From positions 45,508,001 to 45,572,000 of the forward strand of contig NC_043001.1 in NCBI RefSeq assembly GCF_006345805.1: 64,000 bases of DNA, given 5' to 3'. The stretch is from Octopus sinensis (taxonomy: Eukaryota). The notes under the pieces are model-generated. The model was not told the origin of the DNA, ran no database searches, and saw only the letters and a list, made by a program, of their open reading frames with translations. Positions within the stretch are counted from its first letter, which is position 1; the number at the start of each line of letters is the position of its first letter. The position numbers and the translations under genes were made by a program. Positions 25,993 through 37,910 of the stretch are shown piece by piece.

Positions 25993-27103
25993 GTTAACTA
26001 TTTTTTTTTATTTTGTATCAAAAGAAAATGTTAACGCCCAACGTAAGCTTTGAATAAACTCATTGCCACTTTTATAAGTGGATATCCTTGTCACCACTTT
26101 TATATCTTTCTATATGTTGGATATACAGCTTTCACGAAGCAGGGATACACAGAACTGTCTTCACACGACGTACTTCAAATTACTCCACTAAACACGATAC
26201 TCCAGTAAATACAAACTCTCAACGATCTCAATGACTTCCTACAACTTCCACAAACTCTCAATACTCCTATGCCTTCTCTCATCGCAACCAGTACACTACT
26301 CTTTATAAGAGTTCAGCTAGTCCATTTTTCCAATCCCACAGGGGTGTCAATGACTCTCGCCACAATAGGTATGAAGGCTACTACATAAAACACCATTTCC
26401 TTCATACATACTTTTTAATACAAAGTTGCCTCAACAAGTCCTAATTGAGAAAGCTTATGATAAAAGAAATTCTAGCCTGACAATTTTTCATTTATTTTTA
26501 GATAGTGGATTAAATTTAACAATATGGCTTCCCTTTTTTTTTTTTTAAATATCAAAATGAGATTTACAAAAGATTTACCAACTTTCTTAAGGTGATAAGA
26601 CAGGATTTAAGGGAAATCTGGTTGATATTTGTAATAGTGGCGACATCTAGAATACTTTTGACCAGAGATTTTCTAGATTAATGCTGGCTTGGAACAACAA
26701 TAACCTACACACTGATGGAAAAACTAAAATAATATCAACTGAGCTTTATATATCCTTGAATATCCTTTATTTTTGAGAAATTAAATAATTCAGCAATACC
26801 TATCCCTATAAAAATTAATATCTAAATTAATGCTGACATTTAATTAATACAACATTAAAAAGTGAACTAGAAGTAATATACGTAATGGGGAGGGGGCAAT
26901 ATTGGTCAACCTATTATTTTTAGTTTTCTGACAAGCACAAAAGATAATTCCAGATTTGTTTCAGTCATATTCTAACCTCATCAACAAAGTATACATTTGT
27001 TGTGTTCGCTGAAGTAGTGATGAAAACTCATTGTGCAAGATTGTATAGTTGTTGATGGAGGAAACAAGAACTGCCTCAAAACTAATTCAAAAGATACTAG
27101 CTA

Positions 27104-27690
27104 CATCATCATCATTATTTAATGTCCATTTTCCATGCTGGCATGGGTTGGACAGTTTGACAGGAGCTGCCAAGGCCAGGTGTTGCGCCAGTCCCCATTG
27201 TCTGTTTTGGCATGGTTTCTACAGCTGGACGCCCTTTCTAATGCCAGACACTTTACAAAGTGGATGCCCTTTCTAATGCCAGACACTTTACAGAGTGTAC
27301 TGGGTGCTTTTTACATGGCACCAACACCAGTGTCTTTTACGTGGCACCAGCATCAGTGTCTTTTACGTGGCACCAGCATCAGTGTTTTTTATGTGGCACC
27401 AGTATCAGTGCTTTTTATATGACACCATCACAAGTGCTTTTTTACATTGCACCAGCACAAGTGCTTTTTATGTAGTACCAGTGCTTTTTACATGGCGTCA
27501 GTGCTTTTTATGTGACACCAACACCAGTGCTTCTTATGCAATACCAACATCAATGCTTTTTACATGGAAACAGTGCTTTTTATGTGACACCAGCACCAGT
27601 GCTTTTTACGACACCAGTACTGATGCTTTTTACATCATTGCTTTTTACATGGCACTATCACCACCAGGATTGCCAAGTACCTTGGAGAAA
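27104..27690 (-). mobile_element. RTE-tail element with expanded minisatellite
   Basis: catcatcatc tail plus the RTE 3' UTR; a tandem duplication of about 34 bp at 27227-27295; an array of about 22-bp units tgctttttatgtggcaccagcaccag at 27303-27660. Confidence 0.9.
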
Positions 27691-30600
27691 AACAAATTCT
27701 ATTTGAACACCAGCAAAATCCAGTCGCTATAATGGCAATACTATTTATTTAAATTAGTTTTAATAATGCTTATGATTGGTAGCCAGAAAACATTTATTAA
27801 ATAAAACAGTCACTTTTTCTTTGAGTTTCATCAAAATACAAGATGATATCAATAAAGCATTATAGACAATATATGTATGTTAAAAGGTTACATGTTAATT
27901 TGTCACGAGTAGAGTTAATTATAAAACAAACAACGATACCAATTAGAACACAAGTGTAGTATCCATAACAAACATGGTGATCTTATATCTAAATTGCCTC
28001 AAACTACTTGGTTTCATGTTTTCAGCTTCAGTTGCTACGGAATTTGTTCACCCTGATCGCATCTTCTAATAACCAAATAATTTCCTATCAATTTAGGATG
28101 CCATCATACAAACAGTATATAGATTCTCTAATTTCTGTTAGCCTTTAGTGTTTTTATTTTCTAATTAACTTTGTAAAAGAGAAGCAATTAAACAAACTAA
28201 TCAGAAAATTTCCAAACCATTGAAGAATCTTTCTCTTTAATCAATAAACCTGTTCTGTAGTTAAATCTCTTTCAATAATCATTTTACCATCTCAGAAACA
28301 CAGATAACCTATATAGTCAAAAGAATAGCATACTCAAGATGACCACATCTAGAAATATCAAATACTCCATTCAATTAGTTAATTAGTTACCTGTTTGTAA
28401 CAAACTTGCTCAAGATACCTATTTATTGCTACATGATTACATGATTTTCAAGCCATTAAAAAAAGAGAGTGTTTGTTGGGTACCCCGTAAGTTTCATTTG
28501 CACGAAAAAGTGAAAAAAAGCTGATATTTTGCATAATAACTCTTCCACTCCCACATGTCTATTTCTATTCCTCATAGCAACCAAACTTATTGATACCTTC
28601 TGGATTTACAATTAGTATAGTTACCTCAGATACCAGGTTTTACACCAGACCATTGAAAGTTGAGGGATTTTGATCAAGACAAGATGCAATACTAGTAATG
28701 CTATATGAAATGTGTAATTCTATGCTTATAAAGTCAACATATTAACTCATCCAGTTTTCACACCCTATCAAATCAATCTCAGTAACACATTTTTAACCAT
28801 TTTTTTTTATCATGTTATCACATACAAATATATTTATAATATGGATACTTTTATCTCTTTTAACATCTAACTTCATTCTTACCATATTTTCTGTCATCCT
28901 AAATACTTTGCACTTATCATTCTCTCCTTCACACTCTTTTCATCTCTCTCCTTGACACAGTTGGAAAACTTCAGTACTCAATTTATTTTTATTCAGTGTT
29001 TTTACCTTTATCAGTGCTCAGGGATATTTTCTCAATTCTTTCTCTACATTCACCCCCTTCCATCATATGACTGAATTTGTCTATACAAAAAAAATACTCA
29101 CTACATATAAAATTAGTTGATGATTCAATTTTGCTACTCTGTTTATCATGTGCATGCATTATATCTGTCATTATTTGCATTTGTTTCTGGTAAACATATT
29201 GAGTCCCACAAAGCCTTTTGTTTAGATTATCAGTGCACCTTCTAATTGTAATGTCCTTAGGCAACCTCTGAAAGCAGTGGATTCATATTGGAAGCTAGAT
29301 ATATGATTAGGCATAAAATTTTTGAAATCCTGCTGCCTTGAAATTATCTATCAGTGGAGAGACAGACAAGATACAACATCCTATTTTAAATTGTGTCCAC
29401 TTATATTCTCAGAAAAAACAAAATCTGTTCTATTCCTATTTCGAATTGTTATTGTAGACAGGTTCTTCTTATACTAAATACTGATTTTATAGTATTTAGA
29501 CAACACTTGATGAACTCAGAACAATATTGTTTGAATTCAGTTCAATGTTACAATTAATCTCTCTAGAGTGAAGCAGTAGAATGCAGAATTAAATGTATTA
29601 CAGTATTTCGGTTCTTGATTTTTTGGAACTTTTATATTCTAGATTCAAAGCTTTTAGGATTAATGATGTTTTCCTCCTCCTACTGAAGTTGATAAATACA
29701 GCAATACACTTGAATTGATTCGATCATGTGTGGATGGACACCTGTGGGCATACACAGACACATACACACAAAGGCATACATTTACACACACCAGAAAAAA
29801 GTAGATTTATACCAGGTTGAAAGAATTCAATATAAAAATAATTCTCAGCAGAGAACTAAAACTATCAAAGCACAACATATAGAGAAAAATGTATTTTACT
29901 ATATGGAACTCCATACGGGGAAGTGGGTAATCTGGATAATGTAAAAGATTTTAGATATATGCTTTGACCACAAAGTTTTCAAAACCTTTGCAATAGCAAA
30001 GGAACCTTTACACTAGAGATACATAATCTTTACAGTGAATTTCAAATGTATAGGAACCTGAAGGAGTACATAAGTACAAAGAAGAATAACAAATCTTTCA
30101 TTTTAAAAATTCTTAGACATGCCATGTGTATAAAATTACTGTTTGGGCTAAAAAGTTACATCATTTCTTTTCATATGCTTTTAAAGACTGTCAGTGGACA
30201 GTTTCACATATGTAAGCAGGAAAAATTTCATCAGTTGGTGAACATTTCCCCCTCCCTGCTTTGCACAGTCAGTTAACCTGCTGGAAATAGTAACCACATT
30301 TTCTTCAAATTACACCCAACTATTTTAAAAAAAAAAGACACATTGGACAATGTAATATTGGACATACAAAGGGAAGGAATGGTCACAACAGAAATGATTT
30401 TCATTATAGTTCTACTTGATTAAGACTAACATGGAGCAAAAAGACAACTATTCTTGCAATAAGAATTTTAAATATACTAGACACAAGCTACTAATTAAGT
30501 ACACGTGATTTTTTTGTATAAATTCCAGAACTGATAAAGTGAATCCAAATAAAAATGTTTTTTTATATATTATGAATATGGAAACTTCAGTATGATAATT

Positions 30601-30829
30601 GAGTAAAGGGTGTGAACTCTCAGTATGGAATATCTTGAAACACTAAATAAGAGAAAAAGTTTGATTTTTTAAAAATCAACATTATTATAATCATAAATAA
30701 TAAAAATATAAATAAAAAAATTCGCCACTCTGAGATAGAACAAATTTTTTACTCCAAAGTACTGTTGCTGAATATCTCTCATTATGAGATTTAAAAATAA
30801 TAATTTTCTAAAATTTTTACTGTTTAAAC

Positions 30830-31138
30830 CAGGGCTGGCCAACCTGCAACCTGCAGCCTTTCATCTTGCAGCCTGCTTGATACTTCCTTGAAGTATTGTG
30901 TTTAATTTCAAAATAAAATTGCTTATGTAAAACATTTGTTTCAAAATAAATTTAAAATTTGTAAGTGGCAAAAAAGCAATAGCCTACAATTTTAAAATTT
31001 TAACAAACGAAAAGTATGAAAAATTCGTGACTCTGTAATTTGATTATTTGACTATTAGTGCATAAAGTATGCAAGTGGCCCTAAAAAAACTTTCTGTGAT
31101 TAAAGTGCATGCAATGTAATTCAAGTTGGCCAGGCCTT
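30830..31138. mobile_element. hAT-type MITE, TSD GTTTAAAC/GTTTAAAG
   Basis: TIRs cagggctggccaacc and agttggccaggcctt; the 8-bp TSD matches at 7/8 positions (30822-30829, 31139-31146). Confidence 0.8.
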
Positions 31139-34100
31139 GTTTAAAGGAAATGTTTGAGTTACAGATTTTCAATTCTTATTTCTTTAGTTTTAATAATGAA
31201 TAGAAAAATACTTTTTCTTTCTTTCACAAAGAAAATGTGGAAGACAGAGACAGACAGATAGACAGACAAGAAATGTAACATAGTTTATAATTAGTGGATA
31301 GAAAGAATAACAAATAGTAGAAAACTAGATTCAAATTCAAATTTTGCAGAGAAACGAGATTCAAATTTCGCTGAGAAACGAGATTCAAATTCAAATTTTG
31401 CCAAAAGCAATATTGTCATTTATACTTCTAGAATCGATAAAATAAGTACTAGTAATACACCAGAATAGGTCAACTTGGATATACCACTTTTTAACAAATA
31501 GGAACATCTACACTGCTTTAAAAAAACTGTTGTTAAGAGAGAAATACTAGGTAATTTATAAGAAACAATGCTGGACACAGTAATTAAAAACTTATAACAT
31601 GCTTTTGCTAGCTGTTTTAGGCAAGAAGATATAGAGATCCTCTCAGCCTTACCACCCAGTGGAGCATCAAAATTAAAAGAATTGCATCTGAGAGAGGGAG
31701 TGAGAACAACACCTGAACTCAGATCTTACTTATTTTCAGCTAAGTAGACTGGAACAATGTGAAATGAAGTGCCTTGTTCAAGGACACAACATGATTCCTG
31801 GTCCATGACCTTACAATCATGAGCCCAACATCCTAATCACTAGCCCATGCAGCTTTACATGAATGCAATCCAGTCTGATTGTAGAGACAGGTGAGAATTC
31901 TTACTTGCAGAGTGTTCATATTTCAAAAACAAAAATCTTAAGTTCAGTCAAAAAAAACAGCCCAGAGAGGAATCAGCACATTACTGCCAGAAGCTGGGCA
32001 TATGCAAACCCAAAAGGTTAAATTTTCAATAAGATGACGATGACAATGATGGCCATGATGATGACAATGATGATTATGATGATGGTGGTCTTACTTAGGC
32101 ACAAAGGTATATTTTATCACCTTCTGAGGAACAAAAAATGAGCACAGTGAGATTTGACTCTGAATGTAAAAGAAGAGGGTCACTAAATGATCACTCACCC
32201 TGCTTAAATAACAACCAAATCTTTTTCAAATCACAACCTTTTATATTTAAATAGGAAGGACACATTGGATAAGGATGGTAAAGACTGAAATGAAAAGGAC
32301 CAACCTAGGGTTAAACAACAAATGTTCTAGTGATAATACTAATAAAATGTAATTGCTTTTTATTTAAAGAGACTGTGGGAGATCAACATCAGCAAAAGAC
32401 AATTGAGTAAAGTAAACATTTAACTATGTTAGTGACACAATGTATTAAAAATACTATGTAATCATAGTATGCAAAAAGATGAAAAAGTCACAGTAGGAAC
32501 ACTTTTGAACTTAAATATAGATCTGCTCAATTAGGCCTGTTAATAACAATAACAAAGGGGAGGAGACATTGTATAATGTAGCCCTAGTTACTGTATGAAA
32601 CTATCAAATTCTTGGATGTAGGTAAACACTTCAGGTTCCATCCCATCCTTAACCAATGGCAATGGAGTTAGATAGCTTAAAGGAATAAGAGATTTAACAG
32701 TAATGATGAAATATTAAAAAAAAAAAAAGGTAAATTCAAAAGGAAGTAAATTTAATGAAGCCTAATCAGCTAAGACTATACCACAGAAAATTGGCTCCTT
32801 TTTGAGAGCCAGAAAATGCTTCAGTCTGAAAGTGCTGCTAGATTTATTTCTATACAGAAAAATGTCATTCACTAGAGTGCTGAATACAACCATAGGACGT
32901 TGCCCCCAACCATCAAGTGTAAGCACATTTTACTTGCCTAATCCTCATCAACCACCAAACATAAACCCACTCAATGCAATCACCTCTCCACTTCTCACCA
33001 CGCTCAATGCATTTCACTTAGCTACCAGCAGCATCACCATCATGTGTGAAACCACCTTCAGGCATCACTCTCACCTCACCAATACCACTACTTATACTAA
33101 GCACTCTGTTGAATTCTTTCCTAATACTCACCCTACCCCTCATCCTGATGATTTCATTCAAACCAAATAACCTGCTACAAATCAAACTAAAAGGCAACTA
33201 CTTCACTAATCAGTTATCTTGTTATGTTATTATTTCATAGTTATTCCTATCCTTATCAATATGCCACTCCCAGCTGCCAGCTTCTGTGAAAAGGATGTGA
33301 GTACAGGCTTGTTCACCTCCTCCAATTGCCTGAGTGATTTCTAAATTTGGTGGGGAGCTGCATATGTTTGGAGAGGCATGAAGTCAAATAAATACATCCC
33401 CACCTCTACTCTGCAGTACATAGCTAGTACTTACTTTTAAATTTGGAAAATAAGAAAAGACAGCTGGATTTGAACTGAAGCTTAAAAGAATGTAGATGAA
33501 TACTGCTGAATATTTAATCAGGTTGTCTTATATATCTACCACACAACTGCACTTTTCTATCTAATAAAATGAATGTCCCAAGTCAATGAGTAAGCCAGAA
33601 ATAGCAGTCATATTTCATTAAAATCATACCCAGGGAAGAACATATTTGATAAAGTAGTTAGACAAACTGGTCATAGATAGATCAAGTCTTACTTAGGGTT
33701 AATAACTAGAATGAATGGTTTTCAATGTCAACTAAAAAAGATTACTTTAAAGCTATACAAACTTAAAGGATAATGTTGGTAACACCTTTATATGGCTCTT
33801 TATTATCATTAGTAAAATTCACTCAATTTATTGGAAGTATTAACACCAGGTCTTTGACCTGACTTCCTCTCTTTCTCTCAGCAGTCGCAGTATAATGTTT
33901 TACTTGAACATTACACTGAAATCTTGTAATCATATTTACATTTCACAACAACAGCAGATACAACAATAATGATTTCTTTTTTAATAAATAGATAAAACCA
34001 TAGATATTTTAGAGAGAAATATAGGCAACTTAAATCAATCACAATATTTGATTGGTACATATTTTATTGATCCCAGGAGGATGAAAGAAAGTTGATCCTA

Positions 34101-34360
34101 GCAAGATTTGAACACAGAACATGCAACACTACAAGACATTTTGCTTGGTACTCAACGAATTCCATGTAGTAATATTCTCTTATATTGATATGAGGCCACA
34201 AATTTATGGAAAGGATTCAGATGATCAACTCAACTCAAATGAACTCTGGATGATAAAAAATAATTGTTGTGGCGAGAGTCATTGACACCCCTGGGGGATT
34301 GGAAGAATCAACTAGCCGAACTCTTATAAAGAGTAGTGTCAGAGAGAGCGTTTTGATAGT

Positions 34361-35102
34361 TAAACTGCTGCCTCTGTGTTTTGCCATCTTGCGGCAGTAT
34401 TGTTAGACATCTTCCCTCTTGTTTGATGGGGGATCATCATAGGTTCGTGCCTTTGTAATGGAATATGAAGGTTTGAGTTCTTCTTCAGACTTTACATCAT
34501 CTGAGGAAGAGCTGGTTAAAAGAATAGACAAAGCAATGGAGGTGAAGAATTATGCAGATGCAGTGAAAGAGAAAAGCAAAGACGTGTATCTGGAGGAGTT
34601 GAGTAGATTCAAAGGGAGGGGAGCAACGTAGACGTGCCCCCCTACCCCACCCAAAGAAGTTTTTAAAAAAAAGGAAGAAAAAAAAACCATTATTTACCGG
34701 ACGTACTCAGCAATAACAAGGAAAAGTGAAATCATGTTAACTGTTCAAGTTGAAGAGGCATTAAAACCAATCTGGCAATGGATTTCTTACCTTGCCAGAG
34801 GAAGAAAGTTTGGAACGGTGGAGGTGCAGTTCTGGGAGGTAGCTACTGCTAGGATGCACTTGGCAACAGCCTTAAAAACGGATGAAGTGGTGCTTCTACC
34901 CATTTACCTTGGAAGGCGTACTCCCAGGGTTAGGGTAGAAGATATACCCCCAAAAATTGATGTGGCCTGGCTAGCAGCTGCCCAAACAGTTTCATTTCAT
35001 TTATCAGTTTATCTAATTCATCCTTTCCATTCGTTTTTTTTTCTGTCCCCACCATATGCTGTTCCCTCTGTGTTAGGCCCTGTGTGGCCAATAAAAAGAA
35101 TA
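34361..35102 (+). mobile_element. Internally deleted LINE derivative (5' UTR + ORF1 start + 3' tail) inserted in the 5' LTR
   Basis: Flanked by a 16-bp duplication of LTR sequence (agagcgttttgatagt 34345-34360, agagtattttggtagt 35103-35118; 13/16 identical). Ends ccctgtgtggccAATAAAaagaata. Confidence 0.8.
34458..34982 (+). pseudogene. LINE ORF1-like remnant (possibly L1/Tx1 group)
   Basis: One frame from ATG 34458 with a single TAG at 34629: MEYEGLSSSSDF...YRTYS...VEEALKPIWQWISYLARGRKFGTVEVQF...YLGRRTPRVRVEDIPP. The clade assignment is inference. Confidence 0.6.
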
Positions 35103-35301
35103 AGAGTATTTTGGTAGTCTCACAAAGTATGTCATGTGAACACATTAATTAGACTTCCGCTGCATAATTTATATATACCAACCTGTGTAGGATATAAAAG
35201 TGGCAATGAGATATTCGAAGCTTGCGTAGGACGTTTACATTTGGGGAGGGGGGTGCATGAAACCAACGAAAAACCTATTTAACACGGAAAACTTGGCTTG
35301 C

Positions 35302-35622
35302 ATGGTGCAGTTACAACAGCAACCACAACAGCAGGTACAACAACTACAACAGCAACAATACCAACAGTTACTTGAAGTAATGTTGAAGAAGTCTGAAAAT
35401 ACTTCATTTCATTCTCGTCAGACAGCATAGCAAATTCAATTGGAGAATTTATTTATAACCCAGAGGAAGGTACTACTTTTACTTCATATTTCAGAAAATC
35501 TGAAGAAATCTTCAAAGAAGAATGTAAAAACTGGAATGACGAGAAGGTGCAACTACTTTAAAGAAAGTTATCCCCTACCAAACCTGAAAAATACTGTAAC
35601 TATATTCTGCCAAAGAAACAAA
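35302..35622 (+). pseudogene. Gypsy gag N-terminal remnant
   Basis: MVQLQQQPQQQ...then after a frameshift SIANSIGEFIYNPEEGTTFTSYFRKSEEIFKEECKNWNDEKVQLL*RKLSPTKPEKYCNYILPK. Confidence 0.88.
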
Positions 35623-36734
35623 TAAAAAAATATGTATGGCTGAATGTAACACAGTTTCGAATTTGTATTTGATATGTGATAATGTGCCTATGTATGCACA
35701 GAGGGTCATAATGCCGATCTCACTACAAATGTCAGATCGTTCTTGGGCACTAGTGGTAACTTGTAACCCAGTACAACATGTTGCATTGGTCAGGTCGCAT
35801 TCTGGGCACTACTGGTAACATGTAACCCAGTACAATCTGTTGCATGCACATCAAGAAATTGGTGAAAGCTGGTAGAGGTTGCATGTGCAGCAGCCAAAGT
35901 ACCACCACTAAAATACCTATCATGTCCTGTGAAAGTCAGAAGAAGTCATTGAAGAGTTTTGCTAGAACCTGGTAAGAGTTCCACGTTGAATTCGCACCAA
36001 AAACGTAAGTTGCCAAAATGGTAGTTGTTCCAATTACTGTGTTGGTTCTGTCGCTAGAATATGGTAAGGGTTCGATTCCCCTGCTCACAATATATTGGAT
36101 GCAGCTGTGCAGTGTTAACTGGCTAGAGATGTTTTCTTGGGGTTAAAAAATCACACTAAAGTCTGTTCAAGCAAAAAATAAGAGTGCTTTGTACAACAAA
36201 AATCAAGAGTGCTAACAAAAGTAGTGTGTGCAAAAACAAACAATACTACCTAAGACTCAGGTAATAATTATGTTACAACATCTGGCAACGAGTCGTCAGG
36301 ATATAAAAGTAATGATGTAAAAAAGAAATAAAAAATCAAATTCCAAATTTCAACCTTCAGGCCGATACTGTGGGAAATGGCTGATAGTGTGTAAAATTTC
36401 AAATTCCTAATTTCAAAATCCAAGCTAATAGTGTATGAAAAGGCCAATATTGTGTAAAAGATACAAGAAAAATAAATAAATAAACCAATAACATCCAATG
36501 GGGGAGATGTTGTGGCAAGAGTCATTGACACTCCTGAGAGATTGGAAGAATGGACTAGCCAAACTCTTATAAAAAGTAGTGTCGGTAGTAGTTGGAGAGA
36601 GCGTTTTGGTAGTCTCGCGAAGTACATCAAAGTGACTATATTAATTAAACCTCCGCTGCATAATTTATATATACCAACATGTGGCAAGTTATAAAAATAA
36701 TAATATAAGATTATCTGTGAACACTGAAAGTCAA

Positions 36735-36888
36735 CTCTGTAAGGTGGTTGGCATTAGGAAGGGTATCCAGCCATAAAAACCCTGCCAAAACAGACTATGA
36801 AGCTTGATGCAGTCTTCTGCCTAGCCAGCCCCTGTCAAACCATCCAACCCAGTCATCATGGAAAACAGATGTTAAATGATGATGATGA
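36735..36888 (+). mobile_element. RTE-tail SINE fragment
   Basis: gtggttggcattaggaagggtatccagcc...gatgttaaatgatgatgatg. Confidence 0.85.
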
Positions 36889-37496
36889 AAGAAGGACAGT
36901 TTCACCTTAGGCACATAAATACAAAATAGTGTAAAATAAATTGTACTGATTGTAATACTTGACATGAGCATAATTTATCAACCCCAATGAGATTTGAGCT
37001 AAAAGCATAAAAGGATCATAACTAAATACCAAAAGGCATTTTATCAGACAAACAACTCTGTTATCCATTAACAAAAATATATGATGATATCCCAGAAATG
37101 CGTAGCTGTATGAGGCAAATCGAGGTAAACTGCAAGGCCTTGTTGTCTCTCTGGAGTCATGTCTGTGGAGAATTGAGACATCAGTCAATAAACTGAATGT
37201 AATAAAATTAGCTATTATATCAAGTATAACTTGTAATAAATTTAACAATATTTTCTAGCAGCTATTGTAAGGAAAAAACTTCATAACAGAAAGAAAACAT
37301 TTCCAATGAAAAATATGAATTAATGTAGAATGACGCTAATGAATAAAAACTTAGTGAATATGCAAAGCTAAATGAGACTTTAGTTCTCTCAATTATCCAT
37401 TGAATTATTAAATGGAAAAACATGTTTTTTTCACCATGATAGGTTCAGAACAGTTTTCATAGTGATTTTATATAATGATTTCATATATATATATAT

Positions 37497-37907
37497 GAGT
37501 GGCTGTGTGGTAAGTAGCTTGCTAACCAACCACATGTTTCTGGTATCAGTCCCACTGCGTGGCATCTTGGGCAAGTGTCTTCTGCTATAGCCTCAGGCCG
37601 ACCAAAGCCTTGTGAGTGGATTTGGTAGACGGAAACTGAAAGAAGCCTGTCATATATATGTATATATATATATGTATGTGTGTGTGTGTGTGTGTGTCTG
37701 TGTTTGTCCCTCTAGCATTGCTTGACAACCTATGCTGGTGTGTTTACGTCCTCGTCACTTAGCGGTTCAGCAAAAGAGACCAATAGAATAAGTACTGGGC
37801 TTACAAAGAACAAGTCCCGGGGTCGATTTGCTCAACTAAAGGTGGTGCTACAGCATAGCCGCAGTCAAATGACTGAAACAAGTAGAAGAGTAAAAGAGTA
37901 AAGAGTA
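37497..37907 (+). mobile_element. Full-length tRNA-derived SINE with central (TA)/(TG) microsatellite
   Basis: Head tggctgtgtggtaag (A box) and ggtatcagtccc (B box-like), body, and (aaagagt)n tail. Related copies lie at 59452, 52460, 56965 and 63232. Confidence 0.93.
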
Positions 37908-37910
37908 TAT

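Larger units (their letters stand above)
24050..26367 (-). mobile_element. Internally deleted Ty3/gypsy (Mag-like) LTR retrotransposon, element 1
   Basis: LTRs at 26098-26367 and 24050-24311; TSD GGTAT at 24045-24049 and 26368-26372; PBS-like gtggtgacaagg at 26086-26097; PPT aatggggaaga at 24312-24322; gag and integrase remnants inside. Confidence 0.95.
34265..36696 (+). mobile_element. Internally deleted Ty3/gypsy (Mag-like) LTR retrotransposon, element 2
   Basis: 5' LTR 34265-35199 (split by an insertion), 3' LTR 36508-36696; TSD ATAAT at 34260-34264 and 36697-36701; PBS-like gtggcaatgag at 35200; PPT aatgggggaga at 36497-36507. Confidence 0.92.

Noticed and set aside
27303-27660. Regularly spaced repeats superficially like a CRISPR array
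   Set aside because: Adjacent degenerate units without unique spacers, inside a retroelement UTR in eukaryotic DNA.
27295-27732. 145-aa repetitive ORF
   Set aside because: Antisense translation of the 22-bp minisatellite in an RTE tail.
31327-31410. Three 24-30-bp tandem units agattcaaatt...gagaaacg
   Set aside because: A small local slippage within a degraded SINE B-box region; no further structure.
36060-36090. tRNA B-box-like ggttcgattccc
   Set aside because: No cloverleaf or A box; it lies inside the decayed LTR-element interior.
37048-37197. Possible exon (KQLCYPLTKIYDDIPEMRSCMRQIE) or C/D snoRNA (ATGATGA...CTGA)
   Set aside because: Competing readings on both strands, no terminal stem or recognisable guide, and no way to choose between them.
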